In this document: piece after piece, positions 55,001-64,000 of the stretch
How the letters are laid out: the number at the start of each line of letters is the position of its first letter
Numbering within the stretch: position 1 is the first letter of the stretch
Source: Naegleria gruberi
Lineage: Eukaryota
Direction: 5' to 3' (one strand)
DNA: 64,000 nt
Assembly: GCA_000004985.1 (NCBI GenBank)
Contig: GG738866.1
Made by a program: the position numbers and the translations under genes
Notes under the pieces: generated by a model
Databases searched by the model: none
Told to the model about the DNA's origin: nothing
Seen by the model: only the letters and a program-made list of their open reading frames with translations

Positions 55001-58000
55001 NNNNNNNNNNNNNNNNNNNNNNNNNNNNNNNNNNNNNNNNNNNNNNNNNNNNNNNNNNNNNNNNNNNNNNNNNNNNNNNNNNNNNNNNNNNNNNNNNNNN
55101 NNNNNNNNNNNNNNNNNNNNNNNNNNNNNNNNNNNNNNNNNNNNNNNNNNNNNNNNNNNNNNNNNNNNNNNNNNNNNNNNNNNNNNNNNNNNNNNNNNNN
55201 NNNNNNNNNNNNNNNNNNNNNNNNNNNNNNNNNNNNNNNNNNNNNNNNNNNNNNNNNNNNNNNNNNNNNNNNNNNNNNNNNNNNNNNNNNNNNNNNNNNN
55301 NNNNNNNNNNNNNNNNNNNNNNNNNNNNNNNNNNNNNNNNNNNNNNNNNNNNNNNNNNNNNNNNNNNNNNNNNNNNNNNNNNNNNNNNNNNNNNNNNNNN
55401 NNNNNNNNNNNNNNNNNNNNNNNNNNNNNNNNNNNNNNNNNNNNNNNNNNNNNNNNNNNNNNNNNNNNNNNNNNNNNNNNNNNNNNNNNNNNNNNNNNNN
55501 NNNNNNNNNNNNNNNNNNNNNNNNNNNNNNNNNNNNNNNNNNNNNNNNNNNNNNNNNNNNNNNNNNNNNNNNNNNNNNNNNNNNNNNNNNNNNNNNNNNN
55601 NNNNNNNNNNNNNNNNNNNNNNNNNNNNNNNNNNNNNNNNNNNNNNNNNNNNNNNNNNNNNNNNNNNNNNNNNNNNNNNNNNNNNNNNNNNNNNNNNNNN
55701 NNNNNNNNNNNNNNNNNNNNNNNNNNNNNNNNNNNNNNNNNNNNNNNNNNNNNNNNNNNNNNNNNNNNNNNNNNNNNNNNNNNNNNNNNNNNNNNNNNNN
55801 NNNNNNNNNNNNNNNNNNNNNNNNNNNNNNNNNNNNNNNNNNNNNNNNNNNNNNNNNNNNNNNNNNNNNNNNNNNNNNNNNNNNNNNNNNNNNNNNNNNN
55901 NNNNNNNNNNNNNNNNNNNNNNNNNNNNNNNNNNNNNNNNNNNNNNNNNNNNNNNNNNNNNNNNNNNNNNNNNNNNNNNNNNNNNNNNNNNNNNNNNNNN
56001 NNNNNNNNNNNNNNNNNNNNNNNNNNNNNNNNNNNNNNNNNNNNNNNNNNNNNNNNNNNNNNNNNNNNNNNNNNNNNNNNNNNNNNNNNNNNNNNNNNNN
56101 NNNNNNNNNNNNNNNNNNNNNNNNNNNNNNNNNNNNNNNNNNNNNNNNNNNNNNNNNNNNNNNNNNNNNNNNNNNNNNNNNNNNNNNNNNNNNNNNNNNN
56201 NNNNNNNNNNNNNNNNNNNNNNNNNNNNNNNNNNNNNNNNNNNNNNNNNNNNNNNNNNNNNNNNNNNNNNNNNNNNNNNNNNNNNNNNNNNNNNNNNNNN
56301 NNNNNNNNNNNNNNNNNNNNNNNNNNNNNNNNNNNNNNNNNNNNNNNNNNNNNNNNNNNNNNNNNNNNNNNNNNNNNNNNNNNNNNNNNNNNNNNNNNNN
56401 NNNNNNNNNNNNNNNNNNNNNNNNNNNNNNNNNNNNNNNNNNNNNNNNNNNNNNNNNNNNNNNNNNNNNNNNNNNNNNNNNNNNNNNNNNNNNNNNNNNN
56501 NNNNNNNNNNNNNNNNNNNNNNNNNNNNNNNNNNNNNNNNNNNNNNNNNNNNNNNNNNNNNNNNNNNNNNNNNNNNNNNNNNNNNNNNNNNNNNNNNNNN
56601 NNNNNNNNNNNNNNNNNNNNNNNNNNNNNNNNNNNNNNNNNNNNNNNNNNNNNNNNNNNNNNNNNNNNNNNNNNNNNNNNNNNNNNNNNNNNNNNNNNNN
56701 NNNNNNNNNNNNNNNNNNNNNNNNNNNNNNNNNNNNNNNNNNNNNNNNNNNNNNNNNNNNNNNNNNNNNNNNNNNNNNNNNNNNNNNNNNNNNNNNNNNN
56801 NNNNNNNNNNNNNNNNNNNNNNNNNNNNNNNNNNNNNNNNNNNNNNNNNNNNNNNNNNNNNNNNNNNNNNNNNNNNNNNNNNNNNNNNNNNNNNNNNNNN
56901 NNNNNNNNNNNNNNNNNNNNNNNNNNNNNNNNNNNNNNNNNNNNNNNNNNNNNNNNNNNNNNNNNNNNNNNNNNNNNNNNNNNNNNNNNNNNNNNNNNNN
57001 NNNNNNNNNNNNNNNNNNNNNNNNNNNNNNNNNNNNNNNNNNNNNNNNNNNNNNNNNNNNNNNNNNNNNNNNNNNNNNNNNNNNNNNNNNNNNNNNNNNN
57101 NNNNNNNNNNNNNNNNNNNNNNNNNNNNNNNNNNNNNNNNNNNNNNNNNNNNNNNNNNNNNNNNNNNNNNNNNNNNNNNNNNNNNNNNNNNNNNNNNNNN
57201 NNNNNNNNNNNNNNNNNNNNNNNNNNNNNNNNNNNNNNNNNNNNNNNNNNNNNNNNNNNNNNNNNNNNNNNNNNNNNNNNNNNNNNNNNNNNNNNNNNNN
57301 NNNNNNNNNNNNNNNNNNNNNNNNNNNNNNNNNNNNNNNNNNNNNNNNNNNNNNNNNNNNNNNNNNNNNNNNNNNNNNNNNNNNNNNNNNNNNNNNNNNN
57401 NNNNNNNNNNNNNNNNNNNNNNNNNNNNNNNNNNNNNNNNNNNNNNNNNNNNNNNNNNNNNNNNNNNNNNNNNNNNNNNNNNNNNNNNNNNNNNNNNNNN
57501 NNNNNNNNNNNNNNNNNNNNNNNNNNNNNNNNNNNNNNNNNNNNNNNNNNNNNNNNNNNNNNNNNNNNNNNNNNNNNNNNNNNNNNNNNNNNNNNNNNNN
57601 NNNNNNNNNNNNNNNNNNNNNNNNNNNNNNNNNNNNNNNNNNNNNNNNNNNNNNNNNNNNNNNNNNNNNNNNNNNNNNNNNNNNNNNNNNNNNNNNNNNN
57701 NNNNNNNNNNNNNNNNNNNNNNNNNNNNNNNNNNNNNNNNNNNNNNNNNNNNNNNNNNNNNNNNNNNNNNNNNNNNNNNNNNNNNNNNNNNNNNNNNNNN
57801 NNNNNNNNNNNNNNNNNNNNNNNNNNNNNNNNNNNNNNNNNNNNNNNNNNNNNNNNNNNNNNNNNNNNNNNNNNNNNNNNNNNNNNNNNNNNNNNNNNNN
57901 NNNNNNNNNNNNNNNNNNNNNNNNNNNNNNNNNNNNNNNNNNNNNNNNNNNNNNNNNNNNNNNNNNNNNNNNNNNNNNNNNNNNNNNNNNNNNNNNNNNN

Positions 58001-61000
58001 NNNNNNNNNNNNNNNNNNNNNNNNNNNNNNNNNNNNNNNNNNNNNNNNNNNNNNNNNNNNNNNNNNNNNNNNNNNNNNNNNNNNNNNNNNNNNNNNNNNN
58101 NNNNNNNNNNNNNNNNNNNNNNNNNNNNNNNNNNNNNNNNNNNNNNNNNNNNNNNNNNNNNNNNNNNNNNNNNNNNNNNNNNNNNNNNNNNNNNNNNNNN
58201 NNNNNNNNNNNNNNNNNNNNNNNNNNNNNNNNNNNNNNNNNNNNNNNNNNNNNNNNNNNNNNNNNNNNNNNNNNNNNNNNNNNNNNNNNNNNNNNNNNNN
58301 NNNNNNNNNNNNNNNNNNNNNNNNNNNNNNNNNNNNNNNNNNNNNNNNNNNNNNNNNNNNNNNNNNNNNNNNNNNNNNNNNNNNNNNNNNNNNNNNNNNN
58401 NNNNNNNNNNNNNNNNNNNNNNNNNNNNNNNNNNNNNNNNNNNNNNNNNNNNNNNNNNNNNNNNNNNNNNNNNNNNNNNNNNNNNNNNNNNNNNNNNNNN
58501 NNNNNNNNNNNNNNNNNNNNNNNNNNNNNNNNNNNNNNNNNNNNNNNNNNNNNNNNNNNNNNNNNNNNNNNNNNNNNNNNNNNNNNNNNNNNNNNNNNNN
58601 NNNNNNNNNNNNNNNNNNNNNNNNNNNNNNNNNNNNNNNNNNNNNNNNNNNNNNNNNNNNNNNNNNNNNNNNNNNNNNNNNNNNNNNNNNNNNNNNNNNN
58701 NNNNNNNNNNNNNNNNNNNNNNNNNNNNNNNNNNNNNNNNNNNNNNNNNNNNNNNNNNNNNNNNNNNNNNNNNNNNNNNNNNNNNNNNNNNNNNNNNNNN
58801 NNNNNNNNNNNNNNNNNNNNNNNNNNNNNNNNNNNNNNNNNNNNNNNNNNNNNNNNNNNNNNNNNNNNNNNNNNNNNNNNNNNNNNNNNNNNNNNNNNNN
58901 NNNNNNNNNNNNNNNNNNNNNNNNNNNNNNNNNNNNNNNNNNNNNNNNNNNNNNNNNNNNNNNNNNNNNNNNNNNNNNNNNNNNNNNNNNNNNNNNNNNN
59001 NNNNNNNNNNNNNNNNNNNNNNNNNNNNNNNNNNNNNNNNNNNNNNNNNNNNNNNNNNNNNNNNNNNNNNNNNNNNNNNNNNNNNNNNNNNNNNNNNNNN
59101 NNNNNNNNNNNNNNNNNNNNNNNNNNNNNNNNNNNNNNNNNNNNNNNNNNNNNNNNNNNNNNNNNNNNNNNNNNNNNNNNNNNNNNNNNNNNNNNNNNNN
59201 NNNNNNNNNNNNNNNNNNNNNNNNNNNNNNNNNNNNNNNNNNNNNNNNNNNNNNNNNNNNNNNNNNNNNNNNNNNNNNNNNNNNNNNNNNNNNNNNNNNN
59301 NNNNNNNNNNNNNNNNNNNNNNNNNNNNNNNNNNNNNNNNNNNNNNNNNNNNNNNNNNNNNNNNNNNNNNNNNNNNNNNNNNNNNNNNNNNNNNNNNNNN
59401 NNNNNNNNNNNNNNNNNNNNNNNNNNNNNNNNNNNNNNNNNNNNNNNNNNNNNNNNNNNNNNNNNNNNNNNNNNNNNNNNNNNNNNNNNNNNNNNNNNNN
59501 NNNNNNNNNNNNNNNNNNNNNNNNNNNNNNNNNNNNNNNNNNNNNNNNNNNNNNNNNNNNNNNNNNNNNNNNNNNNNNNNNNNNNNNNNNNNNNNNNNNN
59601 NNNNNNNNNNNNNNNNNNNNNNNNNNNNNNNNNNNNNNNNNNNNNNNNNNNNNNNNNNNNNNNNNNNNNNNNNNNNNNNNNNNNNNNNNNNNNNNNNNNN
59701 NNNNNNNNNNNNNNNNNNNNNNNNNNNNNNNNNNNNNNNNNNNNNNNNNNNNNNNNNNNNNNNNNNNNNNNNNNNNNNNNNNNNNNNNNNNNNNNNNNNN
59801 NNNNNNNNNNNNNNNNNNNNNNNNNNNNNNNNNNNNNNNNNNNNNNNNNNNNNNNNNNNNNNNNNNNNNNNNNNNNNNNNNNNNNNNNNNNNNNNNNNNN
59901 NNNNNNNNNNNNNNNNNNNNNNNNNNNNNNNNNNNNNNNNNNNNNNNNNNNNNNNNNNNNNNNNNNNNNNNNNNNNNNNNNNNNNNNNNNNNNNNNNNNN
60001 NNNNNNNNNNNNNNNNNNNNNNNNNNNNNNNNNNNNNNNNNNNNNNNNNNNNNNNNNNNNNNNNNNNNNNNNNNNNNNNNNNNNNNNNNNNNNNNNNNNN
60101 NNNNNNNNNNNNNNNNNNNNNNNNNNNNNNNNNNNNNNNNNNNNNNNNNNNNNNNNNNNNNNNNNNNNNNNNNNNNNNNNNNNNNNNNNNNNNNNNNNNN
60201 NNNNNNNNNNNNNNNNNNNNNNNNNNNNNNNNNNNNNNNNNNNNNNNNNNNNNNNNNNNNNNNNNNNNNNNNNNNNNNNNNNNNNNNNNNNNNNNNNNNN
60301 NNNNNNNNNNNNNNNNNNNNNNNNNNNNNNNNNNNNNNNNNNNNNNNNNNNNNNNNNNNNNNNNNNNNNNNNNNNNNNNNNNNNNNNNNNNNNNNNNNNN
60401 NNNNNNNNNNNNNNNNNNNNNNNNNNNNNNNNNNNNNNNNNNNNNNNNNNNNNNNNNNNNNNNNNNNNNNNNNNNNNNNNNNNNNNNNNNNNNNNNNNNN
60501 NNNNNNNNNNNNNNNNNNNNNNNNNNNNNNNNNNNNNNNNNNNNNNNNNNNNNNNNNNNNNNNNNNNNNNNNNNNNNNNNNNNNNNNNNNNNNNNNNNNN
60601 NNNNNNNNNNNNNNNNNNNNNNNNNNNNNNNNNNNNNNNNNNNNNNNNNNNNNNNNNNNNNNNNNNNNNNNNNNNNNNNNNNNNNNNNNNNNNNNNNNNN
60701 NNNNNNNNNNNNNNNNNNNNNNNNNNNNNNNNNNNNNNNNNNNNNNNNNNNNNNNNNNNNNNNNNNNNNNNNNNNNNNNNNNNNNNNNNNNNNNNNNNNN
60801 NNNNNNNNNNNNNNNNNNNNNNNNNNNNNNNNNNNNNNNNNNNNNNNNNNNNNNNNNNNNNNNNNNNNNNNNNNNNNNNNNNNNNNNNNNNNNNNNNNNN
60901 NNNNNNNNNNNNNNNNNNNNNNNNNNNNNNNNNNNNNNNNNNNNNNNNNNNNNNNNNNNNNNNNNNNNNNNNNNNNNNNNNNNNNNNNNNNNNNNNNNNN

Positions 61001-64000
61001 NNNNNNNNNNNNNNNNNNNNNNNNNNNNNNNNNNNNNNNNNNNNNNNNNNNNNNNNNNNNNNNNNNNNNNNNNNNNNNNNNNNNNNNNNNNNNNNNNNNN
61101 NNNNNNNNNNNNNNNNNNNNNNNNNNNNNNNNNNNNNNNNNNNNNNNNNNNNNNNNNNNNNNNNNNNNNNNNNNNNNNNNNNNNNNNNNNNNNNNNNNNN
61201 NNNNNNNNNNNNNNNNNNNNNNNNNNNNNNNNNNNNNNNNNNNNNNNNNNNNNNNNNNNNNNNNNNNNNNNNNNNNNNNNNNNNNNNNNNNNNNNNNNNN
61301 NNNNNNNNNNNNNNNNNNNNNNNNNNNNNNNNNNNNNNNNNNNNNNNNNNNNNNNNNNNNNNNNNNNNNNNNNNNNNNNNNNNNNNNNNNNNNNNNNNNN
61401 NNNNNNNNNNNNNNNNNNNNNNNNNNNNNNNNNNNNNNNNNNNNNNNNNNNNNNNNNNNNNNNNNNNNNNNNNNNNNNNNNNNNNNNNNNNNNNNNNNNN
61501 NNNNNNNNNNNNNNNNNNNNNNNNNNNNNNNNNNNNNNNNNNNNNNNNNNNNNNNNNNNNNNNNNNNNNNNNNNNNNNNNNNNNNNNNNNNNNNNNNNNN
61601 NNNNNNNNNNNNNNNNNNNNNNNNNNNNNNNNNNNNNNNNNNNNNNNNNNNNNNNNNNNNNNNNNNNNNNNNNNNNNNNNNNNNNNNNNNNNNNNNNNNN
61701 NNNNNNNNNNNNNNNNNNNNNNNNNNNNNNNNNNNNNNNNNNNNNNNNNNNNNNNNNNNNNNNNNNNNNNNNNNNNNNNNNNNNNNNNNNNNNNNNNNNN
61801 NNNNNNNNNNNNNNNNNNNNNNNNNNNNNNNNNNNNNNNNNNNNNNNNNNNNNNNNNNNNNNNNNNNNNNNNNNNNNNNNNNNNNNNNNNNNNNNNNNNN
61901 NNNNNNNNNNNNNNNNNNNNNNNNNNNNNNNNNNNNNNNNNNNNNNNNNNNNNNNNNNNNNNNNNNNNNNNNNNNNNNNNNNNNNNNNNNNNNNNNNNNN
62001 NNNNNNNNNNNNNNNNNNNNNNNNNNNNNNNNNNNNNNNNNNNNNNNNNNNNNNNNNNNNNNNNNNNNNNNNNNNNNNNNNNNNNNNNNNNNNNNNNNNN
62101 NNNNNNNNNNNNNNNNNNNNNNNNNNNNNNNNNNNNNNNNNNNNNNNNNNNNNNNNNNNNNNNNNNNNNNNNNNNNNNNNNNNNNNNNNNNNNNNNNNNN
62201 NNNNNNNNNNNNNNNNNNNNNNNNNNNNNNNNNNNNNNNNNNNNNNNNNNNNNNNNNNNNNNNNNNNNNNNNNNNNNNNNNNNNNNNNNNNNNNNNNNNN
62301 NNNNNNNNNNNNNNNNNNNNNNNNNNNNNNNNNNNNNNNNNNNNNNNNNNNNNNNNNNNNNNNNNNNNNNNNNNNNNNNNNNNNNNNNNNNNNNNNNNNN
62401 NNNNNNNNNNNNNNNNNNNNNNNNNNNNNNNNNNNNNNNNNNNNNNNNNNNNNNNNNNNNNNNNNNNNNNNNNNNNNNNNNNNNNNNNNNNNNNNNNNNN
62501 NNNNNNNNNNNNNNNNNNNNNNNNNNNNNNNNNNNNNNNNNNNNNNNNNNNNNNNNNNNNNNNNNNNNNNNNNNNNNNNNNNNNNNNNNNNNNNNNNNNN
62601 NNNNNNNNNNNNNNNNNNNNNNNNNNNNNNNNNNNNNNNNNNNNNNNNNNNNNNNNNNNNNNNNNNNNNNNNNNNNNNNNNNNNNNNNNNNNNNNNNNNN
62701 NNNNNNNNNNNNNNNNNNNNNNNNNNNNNNNNNNNNNNNNNNNNNNNNNNNNNNNNNNNNNNNNNNNNNNNNNNNNNNNNNNNNNNNNNNNNNNNNNNNN
62801 NNNNNNNNNNNNNNNNNNNNNNNNNNNNNNNNNNNNNNNNNNNNNNNNNNNNNNNNNNNNNNNNNNNNNNNNNNNNNNNNNNNNNNNNNNNNNNNNNNNN
62901 NNNNNNNNNNNNNNNNNNNNNNNNNNNNNNNNNNNNNNNNNNNNNNNNNNNNNNNNNNNNNNNNNNNNNNNNNNNNNNNNNNNNNNNNNNNNNNNNNNNN
63001 NNNNNNNNNNNNNNNNNNNNNNNNNNNNNNNNNNNNNNNNNNNNNNNNNNNNNNNNNNNNNNNNNNNNNNNNNNNNNNNNNNNNNNNNNNNNNNNNNNNN
63101 NNNNNNNNNNNNNNNNNNNNNNNNNNNNNNNNNNNNNNNNNNNNNNNNNNNNNNNNNNNNNNNNNNNNNNNNNNNNNNNNNNNNNNNNNNNNNNNNNNNN
63201 NNNNNNNNNNNNNNNNNNNNNNNNNNNNNNNNNNNNNNNNNNNNNNNNNNNNNNNNNNNNNNNNNNNNNNNNNNNNNNNNNNNNNNNNNNNNNNNNNNNN
63301 NNNNNNNNNNNNNNNNNNNNNNNNNNNNNNNNNNNNNNNNNNNNNNNNNNNNNNNNNNNNNNNNNNNNNNNNNNNNNNNNNNNNNNNNNNNNNNNNNNNN
63401 NNNNNNNNNNNNNNNNNNNNNNNNNNNNNNNNNNNNNNNNNNNNNNNNNNNNNNNNNNNNNNNNNNNNNNNNNNNNNNNNNNNNNNNNNNNNNNNNNNNN
63501 NNNNNNNNNNNNNNNNNNNNNNNNNNNNNNNNNNNNNNNNNNNNNNNNNNNNNNNNNNNNNNNNNNNNNNNNNNNNNNNNNNNNNNNNNNNNNNNNNNNN
63601 NNNNNNNNNNNNNNNNNNNNNNNNNNNNNNNNNNNNNNNNNNNNNNNNNNNNNNNNNNNNNNNNNNNNNNNNNNNNNNNNNNNNNNNNNNNNNNNNNNNN
63701 NNNNNNNNNNNNNNNNNNNNNNNNNNNNNNNNNNNNNNNNNNNNNNNNNNNNNNNNNNNNNNNNNNNNNNNNNNNNNNNNNNNNNNNNNNNNNNNNNNNN
63801 NNNNNNNNNNNNNNNNNNNNNNNNNNNNNNNNNNNNNNNNNNNNNNNNNNNNNNNNNNNNNNNNNNNNNNNNNNNNNNNNNNNNNNNNNNNNNNNNNNNN
63901 NNNNNNNNNNNNNNNNNNNNNNNNNNNNNNNNNNNNNNNNNNNNNNNNNNNNNNNNNNNNNNNNNNNNNNNNNNNNNNNNNNNNNNNNNNNNNNNNNNNN
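43059..64000. other. Assembly gap: 20,942 N. No sequence information.
   Basis: Uninterrupted N run to the end of the window. Confidence 0.99.

Overview
This window is eukaryotic nuclear DNA of about 35% GC, with roughly 43 kb of resolved sequence followed by a 20.9 kb run of N (43059..64000) and a further 50 nt N gap at 41983..42032. The resolved part is gene-dense, about one gene per 1.5-2 kb on both strands. Most genes are single-exon and a minority carry one to four very short GT-AG introns of 46-249 bp with GTAAGT, GTATGT or GTAGGT donors. Low-complexity N/Q/T/G-rich tracts occur in several proteins. There is nothing prokaryotic here: no operons, CRISPR arrays or defence islands. Genes I can support include: a GPS-motif transmembrane Ser/Thr kinase (5' partial); a PUB-domain protein; a tubulin-tyrosine-ligase-like enzyme with one intron; a secreted Cys-rich saposin-like protein with one intron; Sec24; a membrane-anchored epoxide-hydrolase-like alpha/beta hydrolase; a SANT/Myb protein; a two-EF-hand protein with four tiny introns; a large receptor-type adenylate cyclase with tandem periplasmic-binding-protein-like ectodomains; a pICln-like acidic protein; an actin-related protein; a GNAT acetyltransferase; a 979 aa protein with N-terminal TPRs; and a thioredoxin-UBX protein whose WCGPC motif is split by an intron. 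RNA genes: a U2 snRNA on the minus strand and a tRNA-Gln(UUG) on the plus strand form a roughly 1.0 kb module at 4903..5925. This module recurs almost identically at 42033..43058 as an island between two assembly gaps. The region 38.0-42.0 kb is gene-poor and repeat-structured: three decaying tandem copies of the 3' part of a hypothetical gene plus its flank, a strongly enriched GTTTCGAATA motif, and a MITE-like inverted-repeat pair. The lineage cannot be fixed from sequence alone. Intron paucity, flagellar-type tubulin-modification machinery and a trypanosomatid-style receptor adenylate cyclase make a free-living protist, possibly a heterolobosean or other Discoba, more plausible than a metazoan. 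That is inference only. I found no evidence of a novel multi-gene system; the most unusual items are domain architectures and repeat structure.
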